From: Trichoplax sp. H2
Taxonomy: Eukaryota
Reading direction: 5' to 3'
Assembly: GCA_003344405.1 (NCBI GenBank)
Contig: NOWV01000121.1
Coordinates: 62,001-126,000, forward strand
DNA: 64,000 nucleotides
Shown here: piece by piece, positions 11,484 through 24,979 of the stretch
Position numbering within the stretch: the first letter of the stretch is position 1
Layout of the letters: each line of letters starts with the position of its first letter
Made by a program: the position numbers and the translations under genes
The notes under the pieces: model-generated
The model's database searches: none
Told to the model about the DNA's origin: nothing
The model's input: the letters and a program-made list of their open reading frames with translations, nothing else

Positions 11484-14400
11484 TTAAATTAAAGTCAGCG
11501 TATATTTATTCTTTTTACCGTGAGCGTTGTAGTTATTAATTCGAACCCACCTTACCATGAAAATGATCATTCCAACGACTACTATACATACAATTGCAAT
11601 TGCAAAACCTTTGTTTGGTTCTTGAGATGTTACAACAAAATCGTTAAGAAAAATTGCCTGAGCATAATTTGAAACTGATGAATAGCTGTATACATCATCA
11701 TAACTACGTATAGCAAACACATACGGTTTATTTAAAGCAATCTGCTCAAATTTAATTATTATTCTTTCGACACTGCCGGCTGATTTGGGTAAATCTAATC
11801 TAGCGCCATTGACTATAGATGATAAACTACTATTAATTAGACTTCCTTGATTAAAATCCGCGGTAAATGACGTGAAGTTATTGCTCATTCTCAATTCATA
11901 ACCTTGAGCTATATCAACAAAAACAAACTCATCATTTCTATGGGAAAATCTGTAAGCGTATATGTATTAACAAAATGTAAGAAATAAGTGGTATCTCAAT
12001 GCATAAAATTTGCTGTAGCAATATCAATCCAGCGCGATAGTTATTGTAAACTTACTACAATTCCTGTTGATCTACTAATAGATTTCGATTACAAAGCTGT
12101 CAATATCAAAATTCAGCCTACCTGTGCCGGTATCCATATCACTACCAGGCGCGGTCCATTGCAGCGCAATTGTAGCATTACGATAGTTAACTTGTAGGAC
12201 AGTAAGATCATGAATGCGACACGGAGGGTAGTTATCGATAGCTGTAAAAAAAATTTGAATACAACCAAATATATTATTTCCCCTCATAATGATGACTATT
12301 GATAATTTTATTGTTGAAGACCAACGTTGTATGTACCAAAATAACAATAGTAATGGATACATTATTTCATAAGTTCTAATTAAGACTTTAATTTTAGCGT
12401 TACAATATAGGAAATTAGCAAATTTGACCAGGTAAGATGGTATGTATGAAACAGTAAGGATAATAATATTAGAATGAATTAATGTATTATGACTAAATTA
12501 CTGTTACGAAATTTTTAGACCTAACTAAAATTTACCTACAAGAATCTTGCATTAGTGAAGATATTTCTGTAATTATTAAAATTAACAGCGCCCTGCGCCC
12601 TGTAGCTATGGTTACCACTTTATTACAATTTACTATGTAGTAGACCAATTTTAAGTTTTACAGCATAAAACTTAATCGGTCTTCTGTGTAGTCGTTGCCT
12701 CGTTGGCATCAATTTTTAAACGAGTATAATCAGTACTTATTTATAGCAATATTGCATACGGACATCAATAACTACAATATAATATTCCCGATATAAAGTG
12801 AAAGTAGATTTGCAACATTGTCCTCAAGCGTTACCTGCAGTATAGTTTATGACGTAAAAGCAATGGCCCGATCCCATCCTAGTAAAGCTTTTCAAGTATG
12901 TGATAGTTTTGTTGACTTTACCCACAACAGCAGAAGCAAAAGTAGTATCGCTGTTCGGCAATCCAACCATTTGGTGCGTATCTGTTTTTGTTAGATTAAC
13001 AGTTCCTGTTACAGTAACCAACATACTATAGCGTCCATTGTTGGAATATTCCGTAAAGTAGGCCGAATAAATACCATCATCTTTAGTAATATCTGCACCT
13101 GTGATAAATAAATTACAAGAGGTAAAATTAATCTTATAAACAAAAAAACAGTTACCCATGCAAAAATTCAACCGATCTTAACAAATGTCACAATAAAGTA
13201 TCACCGTAATGCGGTAATGAAAGTTATCACTATAGATGACTCTTAAAATCGAATAAGTTGCCCACAAAAACTGTACTTATATAATTAAATGCATAAAAAA
13301 TTTTAGAAAGCTGGACTTTCCAGAAGGTTTACGTTAATTTCCTTTGATAGAGTGCACTACCTGCTCCATCGTCTCGAAAGTTTATTCTACTTGGTACATT
13401 AGTAGATGGACGAGCTACTGTTCCAGAAACTTGGCATCCGACCACAGCTAAAAATCCTTTTCGCACTACTACCGACAAAACCGTCTAAATTTGAATTATA
13501 TGTCGCATTACTGAGGCTGCGTTACACATATCATTTAAACTAAATCTTGAAATATTAAAGAATAGACTTGATACACATTTACGTATACAGTAAATGCTAA
13601 CCGGTTGCGGAAATGATATCTGAGATCCATCCATCTTTAATTGCATGGTTAACGGATAATTATCTGCAATAAGAGATGCTCTAGATAGTAAAAAAACTGA
13701 AATTCTACGAGTAGGTGTTCCAACCGAATCAGGATTTGTAACCTCAAACTTCCAACTCCCAATCTAAAAGTATAAAAAAAGGTATATTATAATACTAAAC
13801 ACCAAGATGGTATTTAATGACAGACACGTATATTAGTTACCAATGGAAATTAAGTCTAAATAATAACGATATCCGGTATTACGGTACGTTATTGACACAT
13901 ATTATTGTCACTATATGAGCTTACTTCTGTCTGGTTAGGGCCTAAATAAATCCTGACACGCTGATACACATTATCCACTGTGTACTCAGGTGAGAAAGGA
14001 GTGTACTCTTTGCCGGTTGGGGATGTCAATATAACCCGTACAGACCTTCCTTGATAAATAACCAAAAATTCGGTATAATTCCCAACGTCATTATCGATAA
14101 TAACTTCCTGTTGCGAGCTAACACCACCACTTAAGAAGAATTCGTTACTATACAGCTAACGAAAAATACAAAAGTCGTCAGTGTTACACTTATTATCTTA
14201 TGTCAACTTGGTATAACATTCATTCCATGGCAAACGTATATTTAACCGCTGACGTCGTTAGTTCACTAACCTGAACGAGTCCATCCAGATTTGGTCCAAT
14301 CAACAACAGATCGATAGCCAACAGGGTATCAACTAAAGCCTGGGGACTCCCATAAATTGCATAGTAAGATTTACCTCGACTTATTGTAGCAACTGTTTCT

Positions 14401-16747
14401 AAGATCATAGGAGGAAGCTGACCAATAGAAATAGGTAAGACTGTAATTTTGTTGCTTCGAATTAATTGAAATGTCCGTTGATCAACTTGATTTCGATCTG
14501 CACTACCAGTTATAATAATTACCACACCACCGGATAGAGTAGAAGAGTTGGATGATTGGCGAAGCAGCTGCATAAATTTGCAACGGAAATTAATTTTTTA
14601 AAATTCTTTCTTAAAAAGTAATCAAGTATTACGATGCTATTGTGTTCTTTTAATGGCCCGAATGATCACACAGTACCGTATTAAATAGGGTGGGTAATGT
14701 ATAGTAACATTAATTAAGTAAATACTGTAACATTAAAACAGCTTGACGCAAATAGTCGTCGCTGCGATTCGGATTATAGAAAGAAACACAAACCTGCACT
14801 GAAGTCAGTAGACCAGCAGTCAAGTTGGCAGTGACAGTTGTTACAGCAGTCTCTGTCGGCAACAAATTAATTAATTGCTGCCGATCATTAGTATTTTTGA
14901 TTGATACTAATCTCGATTTTATATGAGCTGATGAGTCGATGGTAACAAGGCCTAAATCGTTGATGAAACATAAAATGAATTCAACACAAAGCTCGAGCCA
15001 AATCGATTGATAATCGAAAGTACCTGTAAGCATGAATCTTTAAATACTATACAATGTTATTTATACTGTACAGCAATCTAAAATTGTACCATTACATAAT
15101 AATTGTGTATAATTATCTGATCGAAAATACAACTGTATCCATCTCGTTATCACCATAAAATCTTAGTAAAATATCAGAAATAAAGTACTTGGATATACAT
15201 TATAGTATACATCTACCAAAACATCTTGACCATTTCACGTTTGACTACCTACCAATTGATTGTCCATCTCTGATGATGTATTGAAGGAAGAAAGCAATGG
15301 ATTGCCTAATTTGTGTTAAAGCTTCCCCTCTCATACTATTGGAAATATCTATAGCAATGACTATTTTTGGGTAAGCTTGCCGAACAACTGTAAATATTGG
15401 GGTGACGTCGGTTAAATTACGTGGTAAATTATTTCCTTTAGCGAAATCATTTGAGCTACTTATAACATCCCAAACGCTCCTGAAACGGCAGAAATTATTT
15501 TGTCGATTTATTGCTTGACGATTATGTAAAGTTTGTGGATTACTTTTGTTGTCATCACAAAATTCAGATATCTGCAAAGATAAAATTAGGGTTATATATG
15601 TACATTTACCGAAATTGTTAATGATAATATCGCACTACGGTTCTGATCATTATAGAACATGACTTAGAGAGCATCAATAACTCATGTAGAATACTATAGC
15701 GTATAACAGCATATACTTAATAAATTGAACTGCTCAGCACATTATCTTGATATGCAATACTAAGTTTAATTACACTATAGCCATCCTACTAAATTAGCTA
15801 TTTGTTACCCTGTTCAGATGAGGATCAAGCATGATTGAAGCCGTTGCCATGGAAGGGTCATTAGCTGAAAATTTGCATTGATCGCTATATGGCAATTTGC
15901 ATATTTGACGAGTAGCAATGTGACTGATGTTGCCTGTTAAAGACGCAGAGCAGCGAGTTGTTTGTAATTTTCCATAAGAGTCTATCAGATGAACCAAAAT
16001 GAAAGAAATTGTTTATTCACATACACAGGAATGTAAAGTTTGTCCCGATCGATATGTTCCTTGTGAAATAGTATTGTAGCACTTGTAAACAACAATTTTG
16101 TCGAATTTGTTGTAACAAGTACGTATTTGATAGACGTAGAACTTATATCCAACCCTATGTACAGTTGTACTGTATATACATCAAATCATTTTCTACTTAC
16201 CAAGGTAAACTAAATCTTGACTACGCATAGCGTATTCTTCAAAAACGCCATATCGATACTGAGCCCATAATTGCACCATTTCACGCCCAGCTAGAGAACG
16301 ATCTAACCATAATGGCGACATGGAAATTGAATGGCCAGCTACACTACAACCGCCAGTCCTCAAGACATAGGCAAATTCAATATCAAGCAATCGTCGATCA
16401 AAAGAATCAACTTGGATATCAGCATTCCAGTAATTATCTTGAACTGTAACCGATTGATCGGATGTCGTTGACCAGCTAGAAGGTAAAACGATGGTAATTT
16501 GGCGAAAATAAGCTCGGCGACGTGTGGCTGTATATAAATAGCCAGAAGCGACCGTCAATAATTGACGTATTTTATCGATTATGTTAGCATTGGATGTCTG
16601 TGTTATGCTCGGCGAAAGAGCCACTGTAATATCTTCGTAACCGTTATTGTTTATTGTAACAGCATGAACATAGGATAGCGTACTAATATAAGTATTGGAC
16701 GATAGTAAAATGATTGCCACAACCACGAATAAAATCTTATAATCCAT
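11484..16747 (-). CDS. Calcium-activated chloride channel regulator (CLCA)-like protein, ~939 aa: signal peptide, CLCA_N, vWA, FnIII-like, C-terminal TM
   Basis: 11 phase-consistent exons: 16747-16201, 15981-15809, 15571-15253, 14951-14794, 14567-14271, 14155-13925, 13763-13602, 13484-13361, 13098-12835, 12241-12122, 11908-11484. Motifs NNNGYEDITVAL, YLYTATRRRAYFRQITIVLPSSW, RYGVFEEY, vWA MIDAS DISNS, DGAGADITKDDGIYSAYFT, PPCRIHDL...WTAPG. Confidence 0.92.
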
Positions 16748-19126
16748 TGCGACTACAAGTGGAGATCGCAGTTTAGCTCATCAATAAAAGTGGCCCAATT
16801 TTCCTGGATGAAAAATTGGAATTGGATTTAGACTGACCTTGAAGATATTAATTTTTCCTCTATCGCTCTAGTGTCTGACATAGATAGTACGAAAGAATCA
16901 ATCCATTAGTTAGGCATCCTATTTTAATGGAAGGAAAATAACGAGGATAATCTTTATTGAGGATAAACAGTTGAAAAACATCCAAATATTTTGATAGCGT
17001 AGACGACGCAGTAAGGTTGCCAGTCCCAGCCTACCAGTCCAGTATAGCGAACCAGCCAGCAATGGAACGGATGTCAATGCGCAGGACTGTCGCATATTGT
17101 ACTGTAGTACTGTAGGCTGCGTATTACCATTTTCCTTTACTTTCCATATTAGTCATTACCAATATGGTGCCAAGTGTTTTGTTCACTTACAATACTGTCC
17201 ACTGTACATCGTGGACTGCCACTGTAGATACTTTGGGTAAATCCATCATGGCGATCACCTCGAAAACTCTGGAGTTTTACTAGTCCCACTATGGAATATT
17301 GTGCCGGCGTTGTCCTTTGATCTAATAAATTGATTCTACAATGGCGCAGCTAGTAGTCGATGCTACAGAGCTCTTCAAGTTCTGATAATTTACTGATGCA
17401 CACTCCTATCATGTTCTCACTATCGATAAAAGAAAAACCTTTAACCCTGTTGTACTTAGTACAGCCATTGCTAAATTGGAAAACTATAGTGGTACGCAAA
17501 AATCTACAAGCGTATTTTGAAAGTTATGGTCTGCCCCCCTATCGATCGATCTTAGATGGAAGGTGCATACTGTCGAATGATAGTTATGGATTACTAGATG
17601 ATGGGACTGTACTGTGCATACATCTACAGTTTTATACAAACCCATGAACATTGGAAGAGTAGATACAAATTTGAAATTGATATTTGCAATATTTGCTGGA
17701 TAAACTTACTAAACTGTTCTATAAACATACCGTGAACTGCACAGTATGCAATAAACATTGGTACTATACGAGTATACAGTATGCTCGTATACCGTAGTTG
17801 CATCAAGGTTCAGGAACTATTAAAGAGAGAAAACCTTTTCTCTCTTGCAGTTGTCCCGGATTGTATGCCAATGACTAAAATCGATTACATTAAAATGACC
17901 AAAGACTGCTAACTGTTAATTAATACCCTACAGTAAGCTCTGACACTCTAAGCTACGGGATGAAACCAAAGGACGACTTTGTCTTACATTTTACTAGATA
18001 CGAGTTATTGAATGTACTTTACTATGTTAAAACTCTCACGCATAAAGATCAACTTTCTATGAGTCAAACTACAAACACTTGATAAAAGCTCTTTCGTAAA
18101 ATTAAAAGCGACTCCAACATGACAATAATTGTATGCCGCTATAAAGTTTGAGAAATGGAGAAGCTTGTGCTATCGTATAGGATATGACCTTGTTGCATAG
18201 AAATTTACCAAATAACCACAGGATAACATACACGCGTGTAGAATAATATCAATCCAATCTTACTCAAAGCCACATAAGAGTGTACGTAAATATTAATTAT
18301 CAATTAGTCGTTGATTAACAATAATACTGGAATACACATTTAGTAATAGAGAATGAATATTTTAGTTATAAAAGGATGCGGTGGGGGTTCAAAAACCAAG
18401 AAAAAAACCTTTTTATTGACAGTTTTTAGGCGCACATAGTCTAGAAAATTGGATATTGCCACTGAGTAATTACGATACTTTAGATTCCATGGAAACGCAG
18501 CCTATCACATCCAACACACAGTATAATGATGATACTGTACAAATACCTTTCAGTAATTATCGGATCATACACTTTAATATAACGGCTACATGTATATATA
18601 GCATTGCGATCCTTCTGAAAGAAGTGATAACCGATCGCATATAATAGTCCTGTAAACTATATACACGCTATGCTGTGGATTCCGAAATATCAAAGTAACA
18701 CATACTATATTTAGACATATTATTGATTCCCAACAAAGATTGAGTACCAGTAACTAAATTTAAAAGATTTATCTTTGCCAGTTAAATACTAACCGTAAAT
18801 TTAGTCATTAAAATATCAAATTTAGCAAATCAATTCAATGCACAATTAGCCGTACTGCAATACCTTTGTTTTTTTTCAACTTAGCTACCTTAACCGTATT
18901 ATATGCTCTTAGTGTAGACTCTTATCGCATTACACCATAAATATATTTACCATAAATTGATCATTTTCAACCTGCTCAAATGGATTAATTAGACGCTTGC
19001 TAGTTTAAATCTTTACATTACATAACGTTCAAAATGCATACTTGTAATAACTGTTATCCTATTATCTAGTACCATACGCGATAACAAGTATACTATCACG
19101 CCTTTCTATTAAAGATATATCCAAAA

Positions 19127-22100
19127 TCAAGAAGGTACAATTTTGTTCAACCTTGTAATGTAGACAGTATTCATTCCTTTCTTGCAAAAACTTGGAACGA
19201 TATCATACAGTGAAGGAACTTATACATCGCGAGTAAAATTAAATAAGAATCGTATCTTTCCAAGCCTTTGCAACCATTAATAATTATCGATTGTAAAGAA
19301 ATTTTCTACGTTTATACCTTCATTCATTACCGACATTGAACGTCTTCCGGAAAAGTATAAAGTAGGATATTCCCTGCAAGGTGAAATAAAATAGACAATG
19401 CATATATTATCTTTGTAAACAGATTACCACAGTAATTAAATAATGTAATGCATTTATGATCTAAACTATCGGAAAATAACGTATATCTATTTTATACTTA
19501 TATACAGATAATCATTAATCTTGATTCTGATATCATAAGAGATAATGTGATCTTGCGATAGATATTCTTAAACTTATATTTTACTACTGCACACTTACGT
19601 ACTGTTACCATTTCCATCTAGTTTTCGAAACATCGGTTGAAATGTCGTACCCTTATGTTTTCCATCTCTGCCATGCCGACGTTTAACACTTAACTTGGAT
19701 CGCAGCTCATGTAAAACTTTGCCAATAGGCAAGCTTCCACGTCTTAATTGACTAACTTTTGTCTCAACATCCTTAGATCCACCAGTTAATGTTCGATTTC
19801 GACCATTTATTTCGCTCTTTTCCTCAATATCTTTAGGATCAAAACTGGATGATTGGCCGCATTCGTGAGTTGAACACGATGAAGACTTACTTTTGTCGTT
19901 AATATCTTCTGCATCATTACATAAATCAGTGCTAAATATCATTAGAAATCGAGATATCAATTTACTGCACCCCAATATTGATATTTAGAAGGATGGAAAC
20001 ATGGTAGATTGATCGTTATCATTAAGATTTGCCCATCCGTTTAATTTTAAAACTAAATTTTATTTATGACTAACTAAAATATAGAACTTTCAATAGGCAT
20101 ACTACATGATTTAAAGGAATATCAAGTTACTATTATCATCAATCTTTTTCCTTACTTTTCAGTCGTCAATTCGTTAATGTCTTTCAATTCTAACTGAGTA
20201 TCACTACAACATAATATAAATATGTAAGTACTAATTTCAATAAAATGATAGCTAATCTCTATAATTGTTATTAAAGCGAACGAAGAAAGTACTTAGTAAT
20301 CATTCGGTAAAAGAATATAAGCATGATCATCTATGTATTTGTATTACAATCTCAATTAAGAGAGAGGTAGAACGGATTAAATACCTATCATTTTCCTCAA
20401 TTTGTTCAATTCGAAAGCCTTCCTGATCTTCTTTCATTGATTCCATATTACGCTTACTATCTATTGATTGCTTTCTGCTATTAGATTCATACTGATATAC
20501 TTCTGCTGTTGTTTCTGGATTGTCTTCTTCATCCATTTCAGGTATAGATGATACTCTCCTTTTTTATATATGTAATATAATATTTAGACTTGTAATTAGC
20601 TATTTCAGTTCATCCAGTTTTTTTAATGAACGATATATTTAGCTTCAAAAAATAAAAATTAATAGAAGTACTATTATTACTACGATAGCATTTCTGATAT
20701 CCATAAGATTATCATTATTTGTAAAAATTACATTCATAACATTGCTATCTGTGTTACATCTGTATCATAAAAATTCTATACTGTAACATAATCGATGATA
20801 TGATGAATGATGTATTTCGTTTATTAACCTCATATCTGATCATGGCAGCCAATATAAACACGTAGAGAACAGATTAATATAGCATCAAGCAGTTTCTTAA
20901 CGTTGCTTGCTGAAACGTTTATACTACACTATATCTATCTGATTGCCATTAATACTTTAATATAATAGTGGTTGTGTGTCGCAGACTTCATTATCATCGA
21001 TAGCCTAAGTTAATCCTGTATCAAGAGTATCTTATATGCAGCCTTCTCAAGAGTCTATAAACCATGAAATTCGTAATACGTATCTGATAGCATTATACGT
21101 ATAAAGGTATCCGTAACTAGATCTATAATTGCATGTTATCTCACAATTCAAAATTAAAACTAACTTTATATCTTAAAACTTAAGTACTAATAAAAAAGAA
21201 TCTTGTATTTTACCATTTGATATTACAATTACAATTATTACAATTTAAGCTAAATCTATGACGTAAAACTTATCCGTGATTTAATTATGGACTACCATTA
21301 TAAAATCGGTTAAAAAGTTTTATGTCGTAAATTAATTACGGCTAATTGTGTTTCATTTTATAAATTATGTTAAAATCTATTCTTACTAGAACATACCTAC
21401 TGCATCCATTTAATACAATCTCAGTCGGTACAGAGAGATCGCCATCTTGTAAATCTTCAAATGCTGCTTTTCGCCGTAACGATGACGGCTGATGCTGGCG
21501 CTCTTGCTGCTGTCTCTTTTCTTCTTCTTTTCCTTTTTCTTTCTCTTCTTCTTTCTCTTCTTCTTCTTTATCATTATTAATATTATTACTATCTTCTCCA
21601 TCTTCTTCTTCTTTCCTAAATCCGCAATAAGCGAAGATACCATGTAACAACTAATTACTGCTACGAGCTGATGTATGATTCATAATTTCGATTTATATTA
21701 ATATTTTTAATTATTACTACATTACAGAAAAATCTCGTCGACAGATAATGATGAAAACCGTGTGAGAGTGTGCGTATCCTTAGTTACCTAATAGCAATTC
21801 CGTTACCAATTTTTTCTATTGATGCCGTCTCTAAATCGTGTATTTTTTTGCCACTTTTTCTAAAAGCGGGAAAGTGTATTAACACGTATGTACGTATAAT
21901 AATTCTATGTACTAATCACATTTAAGACACTAAATTGAGAAGAATGACTTTTGAGTAACTTGTAACGCAAGTCATATCAATTTATGTTTATCTTCTATTT
22001 GCTGTAGTAAGAGAAATAATTTTAAATTAAGCTCAGTTTACTTTATTCTCCATGTTCGAAGCCATTTCGCCATTAGAAACATAATTATCAGAAAGAAGAA

Positions 22101-24979
22101 AATATAAGATGCTATCATAACTATCAGCCAACTGGGAAGAGTTGGCGGTGATGGTCTAGGATCCCCAACATTTTGGGCAACAAATGAATATTTGATCTTG
22201 GCTTCTTGTTGTAGGACTGTTGCTTTATTATTAATTACATCAATCTATATTAATAAGGAAGTATACAATGAAATCATAACAAATTATTATTAGATACTAA
22301 TAATTAACAAGTCAATAACTATCATTTCAACTACATGAATACATCTAAACTAATTCTATTAAATAACAAAGAGAAACTATGACAACAGATACATTATGAG
22401 TACGAAGCAGTATCCGCACAGGTGTAGAATATAAACTTACAAGAACATCTTTATATAGGAATACCCTATAGCTACTATTTGATATTGCAGTCTGTTCCAG
22501 ATATAGCAGCGCTATCACATCATTCACGCTATCATTAGTGCTTTGATATGGTGTTGTGATGTTGATATCTCTATCTCGAAATTGATAAGCACGAGTTGAA
22601 GATGAAGAGCTGAAAATAAAAATTTATGGCAAAATAAAAAAATTTAAAATAAGTTGAACCATATAATATTATTATTCATTATGTGATATATTCCTACATA
22701 TTAGATATCAACTATATCGGCTTTAGGTAAAAGTTTGAATTATGCGTAATTAATAAGTGATATTGTTAATAATATTGCTAATGTTATGCGTTCAGAGAAA
22801 TGAGGCAACGAAGCATATTGTCAACTACAGTACACTAGAATTAATATGTTAATACCTTCTGTGTTGGTAATATACAAGTTACAAGTTATTAACACTATTT
22901 TCGCAAGTTTTAAAAATCATGTACGAAGAAATAATCTGTCTACTGAAAATGCAATGAATTACTTTCATTATGCTGTTGTAAACTGAAATAATAACTTTTA
23001 AAAGTTTATAATCTTATGTATTCTCGTGTATACTAACTTTGTTGTCAAATTCAAGTCTCAGCAATGACTATTTTTAAAATAGAACAATAAAATTGAACAA
23101 TGATGTCTCTTTGCACTATAAATCAAGTAGCATATTTTCTTAATTGAAGTAAATTTGATAGCGGTCTAAAATGTAGTTTTTAATATTAATGATCCCTTAA
23201 TCATATTAAATATTTTTACTCGAGCACTGGCAATTAATCATCATTGAATATGTCTTAAAACAAAGTTATCTAGATACGTAATAGTCAAGAACAAGTATAT
23301 GAACTCTATAGAAAAAATTAAATTAACCAAAGCAAAGACCAAGATATGATTATCTAAGATTGAAGTAATCGTTTTCATCCGTTAATTTATCATGATCGTA
23401 AAGTTTTCTAATATAAAGTACCGAATTATTAATAGGACAACTTATAAGATAGCTTAGTTACTAAATTTAAGTTGGCTGCAATCTAATTCTTGTCTCAATC
23501 AATAAAGATTACTGTAGGTAATAATTCAATTTAAATACTATAAGCAGCACTCAGAAACTTTTCAATGTGTTTTATATGTATATACTTTCTGAACAGTATA
23601 ATATAGCCCTGTCTTCAGGCAGATGATAAAAATTGATAAAAAAAGACAAAAGCTACGCTAAGAAATTATTTAATCAGATATGATTCAGAATAAAAATCAA
23701 ACCAGGTTTAATGACGACCATTGCCAAATATTTAAATTGTCAATTTAGATCTATTGAAATGCGATAACGTTGTAATATTTGAAGTACAGTATATAGAATG
23801 TACACACAAAAAATAAAGATTTTATATATTTCAGTTAATAACTAGATGACATTTGCCGATTTAAACATAAAGTAAAATTAACTTCCATAGTATAAACGTA
23901 TTAGCAACCTAAAGGCGCTAATAAGAGAAGTTCTAGAAGTTGAATTTAGGATAATTCTTATTCGAATTTAATAGGTTATATCGTTTTAGTTCTAGTAGTC
24001 GATAATAGTGAAAGTAACGTGCGGTAAGTAAATGACATTGGTAAAAGTTTGATCCTATCATATTTTTACTGCATCTGTAGCGTTTAGAGTATATCACTTA
24101 ATTGACAATAAATCGTGCGCACCTTTCGATATTCTAAACGTTAGCAATGGTATATAGCTCATTCATAGCGAGTAATCTCTGAGATTTTTAGAGTAAGATG
24201 TCTAAATACTAACCTTATTACTGTCAATGGCCGGCAAATTCTTTCTTTCTTATTAATACAGTTATTTAAACTTGCTTTTAAAGCCAACCTCCAATTATTT
24301 TCTAGAGACCAACTCCACTTTATATCGTGTTTGATCAATTAAATAGGGTATTAAAAATGTAAATCAGCACAATAAGCGATACTACTAATACGAGTGATCA
24401 ATCAATATCATAAGCCACCGGCTCTTCAAAATTTCAGTATTGTTATGATTATGACCACATATAACTGATGAAACAAATAATACAATTACTACCGTAATAA
24501 GAAGTTGTCCTACAGTTTAAAGCACTTAGAGTTATGTTCATAAATAACTAAGAGTTTTGCAACAGTTTTTGGACTTGCATAAAACATATTCTTACGTGAT
24601 TAATGTCCATATCGTAAAATCGTAATTGTACGATGGCATCGTTATTAATTTCTATCACATTCCTACCTACAAATGATAAAAATTATTTTTTGTTTTGCCT
24701 TAATTACTGTACCAATAAACAAAGTGCAATAATTGCTTTAAATGGCATGGTATAAGATTTAAAAACTATAGTACTCGTTTTCACATTCAATAAAGTATAG
24801 AAAATGAACAAACAAACTGCGGTCTGTTAATTTCCCTGATAACAAATCATATTTCCACCAAGACACTTACATTTTCCATTAATAGACGGAGGACAACTGG
24901 CCATTGTGTAACCAGATATTAACCATATTATAATGCTAAGTAGATGAATTAATCGCAACTTTATGTCTCCGGAAATCAT
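19127..24979 (-). CDS. Uncharacterised single-pass type I membrane protein (~501 aa) with long charged cytoplasmic tail
   Basis: 10 exons joined with consistent phases: 24979-24871, 24666-24596, 24317-24214, 22609-22465, 22244-22042, 21615-21397, 20558-20385, 19931-19599, 19373-19318, 19218-19127. Signal peptide MISGDIKLRLIHLLSIIIWLISGYTMA, TM WLIVMIASYIFFFLIIMFLMA, Glu/Lys-rich tail. No family confidently recognised, and extra exons are possible. Confidence 0.7.

Noticed and set aside
20155-20188. Possible 34-nt micro-exon (minus strand) in the orphan membrane gene
   Set aside because: It has AG/GT ends, but its length is not a multiple of 3 and it would break the frame between the flanking phase-2 junctions.
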